Source: Promethearchaeota archaeon (GTDB taxonomy: Archaea; Asgardarchaeota; Lokiarchaeia; Sigyniarchaeales; SOKP01). Taken from it: a stretch of 64,000 nucleotides of DNA. Positions within the stretch are counted from its first letter, which is position 1. The number at the start of each line of letters is the position of its first letter. The notes below the pieces were generated by a model. The model was not told the origin of the DNA and made no database searches. It saw only the letters and a program-made list of their open reading frames with translations. The translations under genes were made by a program, and so were the position numbers. This document shows, piece after piece, positions 1-8,344 of this stretch. Where the stretch lies: assembly GCA_048940445.1 (NCBI GenBank), contig JBHLON010000010.1, positions 139 to 64,138 on the forward strand, read 5' to 3'.

Positions 1-228
1 CTCTTTTCATTATCTTTTTCCATTATTTTCAATTTCTATTAATCCTTGAATTGCTTTCCCTTTTCTTTTAACAAAGGAGCTTTCAATAAATTTATGAATC
101 TGCCTTCTAAATTTCTGAATATAAATCTTAGATTTTTCCCTTAGGCATAAACAAAATCAATTAACCATTATTAAAAAATATGAACATTAAAAAAATGTAA
201 ATTATTTATAATCTCCTTACTTAAAGAT

Positions 229-444
229 ATGATAACAAATAAAGAGGGATCTGAATTTTCACCATCAAAAAAGAAATTAATAAAGAAGGTAGATGAAGCT
301 ATAGAAGTATTGGATAGCCAAATCAACAATGCTGAGGGGATCGATGAGAACAAGCTAAAAGAGTTAATCGAAATGAGAAAAAAACTCGAGAAGTCAAAAA
401 AGGATTTAAAAAGGAGATCATTTGATTTTTCATTTCCAGTATAA
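229..444 (+). CDS. hypothetical small K/E-rich coiled-coil protein (71 aa)
   Basis: ORF track only. Heptad-like charged sequence with no recognisable motif. The antisense ORF 171-353 looks like its shadow. Confidence 0.25.
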   Translation: MITNKEGSEFSPSKKKLIKKVDEAIEVLDSQINNAEGIDENKLKELIEMRKKLEKSKKDLKRRSFDFSFPV

Positions 445-473
445 TATTAGAAGGAAACAGCATCTATTAACTT

Positions 474-1727
474 TTATACTATCCGAACCAGAGTTGTATG
501 GCAAAATTCACATCTAATCGCCCCCTTCTTTGAATCTTTTTGAGTTAAAGACTCTTTGAGTTGAATACCGCAATATGGACAATTTAATTCATGAATTTTG
601 GCTCTTAATTTTTCAAACAGCCATAGTGGAATCTCATTTTTGAAGAACCAATTTGGTAAGTTGCTTAAAAAGTTGGAATTCTCGAACACAATGTCTAGTT
701 CTTCATCATTAAGGTAATTCAAATATCCTTGATTGATTAGATATAAAACAACAGAAGGATAGCCACTTTCTAAACGTAAGGCAATTTCTTCTTTGAATAC
801 TTTATTAGCAAGGGGATCTCCAGCCTTTACAAGAGCCTTTAATAACGGAAAAGCTAAATTTCTGTGTAACAAATTTGAAGAGTAATTGTTTTCATACCAC
901 GCCTGAATGTTAGAGCAATGTGCCCAAAATTCAACTTCGGGAGAGATACTAAATTTAGAAGCCCCTTGTTGTTCCATTGAGGTATCTAAGATTTCTGCAG
1001 CTTCATCTATTGACTCAATCTTATCATAGTCTCTGATTTTATCAAGTTGAAGATTTAGCAGTAGATATTTGCATTGTCGAAATAGAGAGCCTCCCACATA
1101 TATATTTGTTTTTTCATTTTCCAATCTAAGCTTTAAGTAATTATTAATTATGAATTCTTTTCTTATATATACAAAGGGGTTCTGCTCCCCATTGCAATAC
1201 TGAAATATCATGTTTACCAAAGTTTGAAAAGCTTGGTTAACATTTTGTTCATTTTCAAGAGGAATTTCTGCGAATGCTGAAAGGTGATAGCTTTCTGCCA
1301 ATGATCTTCCTTGTTCCCATGATACTTCTCTTGTTTTATCTTTTGAATTAACTGATGAACCTAAGAGCATGATTGGGATGTCTCTGGTTCTTTGTCTTAT
1401 TAATCTGATATGATCTGCTAAGCAATCTAAAGATCCCGAATTCATGATATCATATAAAAATATAGCACCTAAAGCTCCACAAGAATACATTGGTATAAGA
1501 GATCTGAAGCGTTCTTGTCCTCCTACTAACCAAATCTGTAATTTGATCATCTTACCAGATGATTCTACCGATTTAACATGAAATTCTACACCAATTGTCA
1601 TTTCATAGTCTTCTTTAAAGACGTTATGACAATAATTTGCTTCCAGAAATTGTTTGCCAACAACCTCATCACCCATGATCATTATTTTATAAAGATAATC
1701 ATACATTGGCATTTTATGAATTTCCAA
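474..1727 (-). CDS. Rab-like small GTPase-fold protein with degenerate nucleotide-binding motifs, C-terminal helical domain and zinc ribbon
   Basis: 417 aa. The first ~170 aa align by eye to the paralog at 8323-9117 (YDYLYKIMIMGD, MTIGVEFHVK, KLQIW..GGQERF, GALGAIFLYD). G1 is GDEVVGKQ (no Ser/Thr) and G3 is WLVGGQE (Asp lost). NKxD is replaced by GSSVNSKD and SAK by AEIP. The C-terminus ends in CPYCG-x17-CEFC. Confidence 0.75.
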   Translation of the reverse strand: MEIHKMPMYDYLYKIMIMGDEVVGKQFLEANYCHNVFKEDYEMTIGVEFHVKSVESSGKMIKLQIWLVGGQERFRSLIPMYSCGALGAIFLYDIMNSGSLDCLADHIRLIRQRTRDIPIMLLGSSVNSKDKTREVSWEQGRSLAESYHLSAFAEIPLENEQNVNQAFQTLVNMIFQYCNGEQNPFVYIRKEFIINNYLKLRLENEKTNIYVGGSLFRQCKYLLLNLQLDKIRDYDKIESIDEAAEILDTSMEQQGASKFSISPEVEFWAHCSNIQAWYENNYSSNLLHRNLAFPLLKALVKAGDPLANKVFKEEIALRLESGYPSVVLYLINQGYLNYLNDEELDIVFENSNFLSNLPNWFFKNEIPLWLFEKLRAKIHELNCPYCGIQLKESLTQKDSKKGAIRCEFCHTTLVRIV

Positions 1728-1780
1728 AAATGTTTTCTCTACTATTCATATAAAAAATTATAAATATAAATTTCACACTT

Positions 1781-4700
1781 TTATGAGTGTTCTGATAAGG
1801 GCAGAACAATTGATTTCTCAATAAGGGATTCAAGGGCTTTAATTACCAGATCTTTTTTCTTCTCATGAACCTGTTCGATTGCATCCTTTAAATAAAAGTC
1901 AGGCTTAACGTTGGTCATGGATATGATCACATTGAGAAGTCTTAGTTCCATTTTATTTAACTCTCCTTCTTGCTTTATTCGATTAATGTTTTTCATTGTA
2001 GTTAATTTAAAATATTCTTTATAATAGAGCTGTAAATGTTCATCTAAAAGCTGTGGCAATTTTTTATTAAATTCATCTAAGTCTCCATTAAAGGCTTCAA
2101 ATTTTTCTGAAAAGATTGAACTTATCGATAGTAGAAGTTCTGAGGTTTGAGCTTTTAGTCTTTCAGAAGCTTGTTTTTTTAGAATAAAAACAATTCTAAT
2201 ATCCTTATTTTCACATATGAATACATTAAAAAATCTAAAATCGAGACTCATCATTCTATCAATTCCACTTAGATTTTTTGGAGTCTCAATGGAATAGTCT
2301 TTAATGTGCTCATCCCCTACAATTCTTTCACCTAACATAGTAATTGCTTGAATAAAACCACCGAGCAAATCATCTTGAAATCTTTGTTCTGAGAAATAAC
2401 TTTTTGAATAAATCCCCAAACCGCTTCCTTCCATTGATAGCGTAATTGCTTCAATATTCATGACATCTCTATATTTTTGGGTTTTTGCGAGAAGCTCAGA
2501 TTCCTTTTTCCTTTTTCGAGGTAAAATAACATAACTTCTCAAGCCAATTATTCCAAATATCCCTATAATTCCAATTAATCCGAATACAACAAACCAAAGT
2601 GGAACATTAGATTGGGGTAATACTTCTTGTGTGATGACTATAACAAAGGAATATTCTTTAACCTCGTATAATGAATTTTCCTTCGAAATGGTTAAATTCA
2701 TTCGATAACTTCCTTGAATATTGACTGGAAGCCTCAATTCTAATTCATAAGTTCCAGAACCGAAGTAGTCAAAATAACCGTTACCAAATCTCCACGAGTA
2801 GAAAACTGTTGCATTTTCAATATAAATATGGGAATTGCTTTCAGTTAAGTTAACTTTAATTGTAATTACTTCTCCAACGAAAGCTTCAAGTGAGTCTTTA
2901 AAACCCATCGTATTTACAGTTATGGGTATATTATTAATGTTGACAATGATAGTTTTATAAATAGTAGTGTATCCTGCTTTTTGCAACTTAATTGTCGCTG
3001 CATAGGTCTTAACAGAAAGAGACGTTGTGTTTAAGCGCACTACAAATCCATATGAGTCGGTTATGACTTTATATGCGGCATCCCAGCTAACAGTACAATT
3101 TGCTCCAAGGATTAAGGTTCCTGAGCTTTCGACTGTGTAATTCACTCTAATATCATAAACTTCATTAAGATCCGCAAATATTGAAGTTCTATTTACATTG
3201 CCTTCCGCTTGGATTGGAAATATAGTCATAGCTATAAAACCTGTAGTCGCTTGATAGTTACTCTTATTAGCAAAAATTGTAATAGTATATGTCTCTATAA
3301 TTCCTTGTTTTGGCAAATCCCAAGTAGAGAAATTTAAGGAATACGTACCATTGTTATAATCTGTAATGAAATATGGGTTTTGCCAATTAGTACTTATATT
3401 TGCTTGCGAAATTAAGGTACCAGTAGAGGCTCCAGTTACATTTATCTGACAACTAATATAGTCATTTCCTAAACCACTAATCACTTTCTTTGGAGTCTCT
3501 AAAGCTAATGGTTGAGCTAAAATTTTTAGTTGAACTAAATTGATTGAGGTTTGATTCTCATAATAGCTTTTTGAGGCATTAAATGAAAAATAATAATTTC
3601 CAAGATCGAGAGAGTCTGTATTAATCTCACTGATATAAACGCCAGGTTGATAAGTCATCATTCCAAATGAATCGAATGTAGAACTATAGGTAATAGTCCC
3701 ATAAGCAATTGATGCATTTAGATCAGAATCGATAAATTTTACCTTTAGCAAAAAAGATTCTCCAGCAATCCGTTCTAAATAAGTATCTATTGCAATTAAA
3801 CTCGTTTTATGGATAACATTAAATTTCAACAATTTAATTCCAACTTGAGAGGCGTTTTGGTCGTGATCAGTCCATATAATCTGGGCAGAATATTTTCCAC
3901 ATGTTATATTTTCTACTCCAATAGTTATTTTCGAAAATTCGAATATTCCATCAGCGTCAACTAAAATCTTATCTTCTTGATACATCAAGGTTCCATTTGA
4001 ATAATAAATTTTTAAACTCGCGTTTGTTTCATCTAAATTTGGAATAGATGCTGTATTGATTGTTCCATTTACTTTCAAATCATCTAAGGCGTAGAAAGTA
4101 TTGTTCTGTGCCCAATAACTTCCCGTTCTCCTGTATATATTAGCTTCTTCAACATAATTTGGAGCATCCACTACTACCTTCCAAATTCCATTAGTTACAA
4201 TAGTATTAGGAATCTTTAAAGTTGAATTCCCATATCCAGCTGTCGCTAATACATCATTTATTTTATTAGCACCGTAAGGATTAATTAATTGAGTAACATT
4301 CCAATTAGTTGGTTTTGTTACATTCAAATAATAATCAGTAGAGTATGTACCGGGTATTATGATGGTAAAATACATAGTCCAAGTGGCTTTTGTGTTCGTA
4401 TCGACTTGAAATTCTGATCCTGTAAAACCTAATTGAGTTTTTGTTTGCTTTTGAGATGTGGCCTTTACAAAGAATTCAGTATTTAAGACTATTCTACCTG
4501 AAGAGTTAGAGCTGAAACCAAATAGGTGATATCTTCCATCAATATCACCTTCCCACATATTTTTAAGAGTGATGGTGCCTTCACCTGGACCGATATCGTT
4601 TATATTAGTCCAATCATCATTGGTGATATCATTGATATTGAGATTAATATCGGAAGGTTTTGGAAGGGTCGATAATGAAAGTGTAATATTATCATAAAAT

Positions 4701-5587
4701 AACTGTAAAAATCCAGATGGATTAATTCCAGAGTTTCCGAAATTCACTCCAAATTTTAAGGAAATTTTGCCTGGGAGAGCCATACCATATTGTTCTGGAG
4801 TGAACAATGGTATAGAATCTTGATGGATTTCATTATCGGCAATATTTGATAATTTCTCAGAAAAGGATTGTGAAATTCCATTAACATATAAAGAGAAAAA
4901 AACTTTAGCCCCCCCAAGCCCAGTCATCCAATTAATATCACTGTAAGATGCCCAATACTTAAAATTAATATCCCAATATTGATATGGAATTTGATATCTT
5001 GGTAAATTAAATGTATAATTTACATAAGAATTAAAATTGTTCCATGGTGTTCCTGGTTCATTAGCATCTTCAAATCTAATGTATATTGAGTCATTGTCTC
5101 CTTCTGGATTGTTATACCAACCAAAAGTGACATTCTGTGGGCGCTTAGTATAATTGCTCCAATGTGATAAATCTATACCTGTATTAAAGGTTTCATTTAC
5201 CCAAAGTGAATCATAATCATAAATGTTTGAAATATTACATATTACCTCATTAGCTTTCCAGTCTTCAGGAACAATTATAGATGCATTGTCATTATTGTTT
5301 AAATCTAATCCATTATTTGGAAAATCAGCAAAACCATATTCAGTTATATTTTGGGCTTTACCTATCCCAGAATATTGACTTATGGATATATCATTTAGTT
5401 TTAACTCTAAATCCATAGAAGGTGTATCTATTTGATTAAAATTGAAATCTTTCTTATAATTTTCCTCTGATTTCCATACAATTTGATTAGAGAGTAATAA
5501 AATTGATAAGTTTAAGGCAAGTAAAAAGATTACATTTATCCATTTCCTTGTTTTAAATTTCACTTTTTTCACAAGAATTAAGTACAA
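1781..5587 (-). CDS. large single-pass surface (glyco)protein with tandem beta-sandwich-type repeats and a cytoplasmic longin/roadblock-like tail
   Basis: 1268 aa. N-terminal signal anchor (WINVIFLLALNLSILLL). The ~950-aa N/T/Y-rich ectodomain has about 35 N-x-S/T sequons (hand count) and at least four ~98-aa repeats. One TM helix (LWFVVFGLIGIIGIFGIIGL) is followed by RKRKK and a 246-aa tail. The TTG start is uncertain by a few codons. Confidence 0.75.
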   Translation of the reverse strand: MYLILVKKVKFKTRKWINVIFLLALNLSILLLSNQIVWKSEENYKKDFNFNQIDTPSMDLELKLNDISISQYSGIGKAQNITEYGFADFPNNGLDLNNNDNASIIVPEDWKANEVICNISNIYDYDSLWVNETFNTGIDLSHWSNYTKRPQNVTFGWYNNPEGDNDSIYIRFEDANEPGTPWNNFNSYVNYTFNLPRYQIPYQYWDINFKYWASYSDINWMTGLGGAKVFFSLYVNGISQSFSEKLSNIADNEIHQDSIPLFTPEQYGMALPGKISLKFGVNFGNSGINPSGFLQLFYDNITLSLSTLPKPSDINLNINDITNDDWTNINDIGPGEGTITLKNMWEGDIDGRYHLFGFSSNSSGRIVLNTEFFVKATSQKQTKTQLGFTGSEFQVDTNTKATWTMYFTIIIPGTYSTDYYLNVTKPTNWNVTQLINPYGANKINDVLATAGYGNSTLKIPNTIVTNGIWKVVVDAPNYVEEANIYRRTGSYWAQNNTFYALDDLKVNGTINTASIPNLDETNASLKIYYSNGTLMYQEDKILVDADGIFEFSKITIGVENITCGKYSAQIIWTDHDQNASQVGIKLLKFNVIHKTSLIAIDTYLERIAGESFLLKVKFIDSDLNASIAYGTITYSSTFDSFGMMTYQPGVYISEINTDSLDLGNYYFSFNASKSYYENQTSINLVQLKILAQPLALETPKKVISGLGNDYISCQINVTGASTGTLISQANISTNWQNPYFITDYNNGTYSLNFSTWDLPKQGIIETYTITIFANKSNYQATTGFIAMTIFPIQAEGNVNRTSIFADLNEVYDIRVNYTVESSGTLILGANCTVSWDAAYKVITDSYGFVVRLNTTSLSVKTYAATIKLQKAGYTTIYKTIIVNINNIPITVNTMGFKDSLEAFVGEVITIKVNLTESNSHIYIENATVFYSWRFGNGYFDYFGSGTYELELRLPVNIQGSYRMNLTISKENSLYEVKEYSFVIVITQEVLPQSNVPLWFVVFGLIGIIGIFGIIGLRSYVILPRKRKKESELLAKTQKYRDVMNIEAITLSMEGSGLGIYSKSYFSEQRFQDDLLGGFIQAITMLGERIVGDEHIKDYSIETPKNLSGIDRMMSLDFRFFNVFICENKDIRIVFILKKQASERLKAQTSELLLSISSIFSEKFEAFNGDLDEFNKKLPQLLDEHLQLYYKEYFKLTTMKNINRIKQEGELNKMELRLLNVIISMTNVKPDFYLKDAIEQVHEKKKDLVIKALESLIEKSIVLPLSEHS

Positions 5588-5741
5588 TTGGGTAAAGATA
5601 AAAGTTATATTACTAATATCAAGAAAAATTGCATTTTTAAATCTATTCTGAATAAATTATTTTGACGACAATAACTAAAAGATTTACGAAATGAGAAATT
5701 TGAACCTTAAAAATTTATCAAGTGTTAGACAATAATATCGA

Positions 5742-5921
5742 TTATTCGTTCTCAAAGTTATATTGAATACTACAAATTGAAAATCCTAATATCTTATATG
5801 TATGAACAGCGGGATCATTCTCAACCCTTACCGTGATTAAATATTCTTCCTTTTCCTTAAAAATATCTTTTAAAACGGAGGAAATTAAAGAACTAGCTAA
5901 TCCTATGTTCCTATACTTGAT
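5742..5921 (-). pseudogene. truncated remnant of a GNAT acetyltransferase gene (paralog of 7472-8344)
   Basis: 5761-5915 aligns without gaps to 7491-7645 at 128 of 155 identities (hand count). The translation is IKYRNIGLASSLISSVLKDIFKEKEEYLITVRVENDPAVHTYKILGFSICSIQYNFENE-stop, against DYRNRGLASSLVSSVLKAVFKEKEECLITVRVENDAAVHTYKKLGFSICNIQNSFERE-stop in the intact gene. An in-frame TAA at 5922-5924 closes the frame and there is no start codon. Weaker, frameshifted similarity may extend to about 6030. Confidence 0.7.
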
Positions 5922-6138
5922 TTATTTTTTGGATTTTGCTCTTTCCCATAAATAAATCCAATTAACTACTATTAAAAAATCTAGAGAGATTAATCTATCG
6001 CAAAAGAATTTTTCATGCAAGTCTCTTTCATAGTAGTCAATTTGAAATATTTATCTTTATTTTTTGGTATAATTTTATATGCAATCGTGTTATTTATAAC
6101 ATTATTAAAATTTTAATTTCTTAATCTAATCCGATGTT

Positions 6139-6612
6139 ATGTTTCCACCACATTTGCCTGTGTTAATAATTGGTCTTTTAATTGCTGGTACTGTTGTTGT
6201 AGTAATTATAATTATATTGTTGATAATAGATTTATCTAAGAGGAGAAGGGTTTTAGCTTCTATTTCACAATCAAATTTAAATAATCTATTCGCATGTCCT
6301 AAATGTGGAACTATTGCTACTATTTATCTTATAAAAGTTGTCAGAGACTATATTTTAGTAAAGCAGAGATGCCCAATCCATGGAATAGGACATTCTCTAA
6401 TTCCAACAAGATTAAAAGATGATTCTATGCCCTATTTCCGAGATGCAATATTTCGATGTTTTAAATGTGGACAAAAAGCTAATTTATTTCACGAAAAATA
6501 CTCAGGACCCTGGGCTTTGATCTCAGTAGATTGCCCAACTCATGGAATAAAAACCTATAGAATATGGCACTCAGTTTATGAAGAAATTACAAAAGGTAAA
6601 ACCGATAATTAG
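6139..6612 (+). CDS. membrane-anchored protein with two tandem CxxCG...CPxHG zinc-ribbon-like modules
   Basis: 157 aa. N-terminal TM helix (LPVLIIGLLIAGTVVVVIIIILLII) followed by KRRR. It then carries CPKCG-x21-CPIHG and CFKCG-x22-CPTHG, an internal duplication. Confidence 0.55.
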   Translation: MFPPHLPVLIIGLLIAGTVVVVIIIILLIIDLSKRRRVLASISQSNLNNLFACPKCGTIATIYLIKVVRDYILVKQRCPIHGIGHSLIPTRLKDDSMPYFRDAIFRCFKCGQKANLFHEKYSGPWALISVDCPTHGIKTYRIWHSVYEEITKGKTDN

Positions 6613-6675
6613 CAATAATGTAGCAACTAGCTGGTGTAATTGTTGATACCCAAGCCTTTACCTTATTGGTAAAAA

Positions 6676-7368
6676 CTAAGATTTGTTAGCGGAGTTTATC
6701 TTTAACCTTCTTGCTCCATAGGCTTGAAAGAAAAAGCATGCCAACATCGTATAAATGACCACTTTTTGTCCTATTGCAAATCTAGGAGTGATGATTGGAG
6801 AATCCACATCTAAAAACATCATTATAATAAAAATGAATAACACCACTCCTAATAGCGCATAGATAATGGCATAAGTATTAGGATATTCTTTATTAATAAT
6901 AATAGCAACACTAAATAAAATCGTTAAGGGCAACCCAATAAAAAATGCAAACATACCAAATGTTAAATGGATATTCATCAATAGGTCTGCTGGTGTTACA
7001 CTTGCTCCTATCAACATTATGCTTAAAAAGAGTCCCGCTACAGATCCTGCGATGCAAAACCATCTCGATTCTTTCAGTCCCCTAAATAGATTAGGCACAG
7101 CTAGGAAATATGGGATTAATAGGGCACCCATAAAGAATAAAGAAATATTGTAAATAACACATGATATAAGATTAGACTGTCCAGAATAAGCATAAAGTCT
7201 TCCTAAATCGCTTAATATGTTTTCAAAGAAAGAATAACCTGGAGAAGAAGGATTGCTAATAGTACCTCCCGTATAGAAAAACATTGCAATTGTAGAAAAG
7301 ACAAGTGATTGTATTGAACCTATCATCGCTAAAATATATGCAATATTTCTCCAATTTTTGGTAGTCAT
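6676..7368 (-). CDS. multi-pass membrane protein (possibly DUF998-like)
   Basis: 230 aa with about six hydrophobic helices. The motif FENILSDLG after helix 1 resembles DUF998 as I remember it. The family call is weak. Confidence 0.55.
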   Translation of the reverse strand: MTTKNWRNIAYILAMIGSIQSLVFSTIAMFFYTGGTISNPSSPGYSFFENILSDLGRLYAYSGQSNLISCVIYNISLFFMGALLIPYFLAVPNLFRGLKESRWFCIAGSVAGLFLSIMLIGASVTPADLLMNIHLTFGMFAFFIGLPLTILFSVAIIINKEYPNTYAIIYALLGVVLFIFIIMMFLDVDSPIITPRFAIGQKVVIYTMLACFFFQAYGARRLKINSANKS

Positions 7369-7471
7369 AATAAATAACTAATGTTAGTATCTGAGTGGAT
7401 ATCAAATAAAAATAATTAATCAACCGAGAAATATAAGTTTATACTTAATAAGAAGCAATAAGAATAATGTT

Positions 7472-8344
7472 TTATTCTCTTTCAAAGGAATTTTGAATAT
7501 TACAAATTGAAAAGCCTAATTTCTTATATGTGTGAACAGCAGCATCATTCTCTACTCTTACCGTGATTAAGCACTCCTCTTTTTCTTTAAAAACAGCTTT
7601 CAATACAGAAGAGACTAATGAACTAGCTAATCCTCTATTTCTATAATCTGAATGTGTTCCAACGACCGTTATATATCCCACTTTTTGATACATCCATAAG
7701 CTAGTAATACATACCAACTTCTCTTTCTCAATAATGCCAAACCAAATATTATTTTCATCCATTAAGTTATCATCTAAACTATGATTACCCCAAAATATAG
7801 GATCTGCATTTCTCATGAACAAGACAATCTCTTCTTTATTGCTTTCCTTTAAAGTTTCATATGGATATTTTTCGTAATCCTTTTGTTCTCCTTTTTTCAT
7901 ATCCATACGGTACATTACAATTTCTTTTTTATAATTAGGAAAGAATTTTGCTATAATCGGCTTATGATGTTCAAAACCGGTTATTGAAATTGGGTTGTAA
8001 TTCTCCTCATTCAATAAAAATTCCAAACTTTCATTCGATCCTCTCAATTGAAGCCTGCGATCTTTCCACATTAGGGTCATTCCTTGAATCTTATCATTAA
8101 CATCTAATGCTAAGAAAATTTCAGTATCTTTAGGGTATTGAACATAATCAGCATGGAAGAAAAAATATTCCGCAAAGTTATCTTTAATGAAATCATAAAA
8201 TAATGGTTCATTAACTGGAGTTAGATGAACTGATCGTAATCTTTCATGTATCATATTTCCTCTTAAGAAATGAGATGCTAAAAGAATTTCGGATTTCTTA
8301 TTTATCAAAAATAAGCTAAATTCTATGCTGCCCTTTTTCTGCAA
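7472..8344 (-). CDS. GNAT family N-acetyltransferase
   Basis: 290 aa. The C-terminal acetyl-CoA motif A is VVGTHSDYRNRGLASSLVSSVL, followed by VENDAAVHTYKKLGF. The annotated ATG overlaps the upstream GTPase stop by 22 nt. An alternative Met lies 30 codons downstream. Confidence 0.8.
   Translation of the reverse strand: MQKKGSIEFSLFLINKKSEILLASHFLRGNMIHERLRSVHLTPVNEPLFYDFIKDNFAEYFFFHADYVQYPKDTEIFLALDVNDKIQGMTLMWKDRRLQLRGSNESLEFLLNEENYNPISITGFEHHKPIIAKFFPNYKKEIVMYRMDMKKGEQKDYEKYPYETLKESNKEEIVLFMRNADPIFWGNHSLDDNLMDENNIWFGIIEKEKLVCITSLWMYQKVGYITVVGTHSDYRNRGLASSLVSSVLKAVFKEKEECLITVRVENDAAVHTYKKLGFSICNIQNSFERE

Noticed and set aside
171-353. 60-aa minus-strand ORF overlapping 229-444
   Set aside because: It has no motif and hydrophobic low-complexity sequence, and it overlaps an equally weak plus-strand ORF. 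Neither is well supported, and I kept only the more protein-like plus-strand one, at low confidence.
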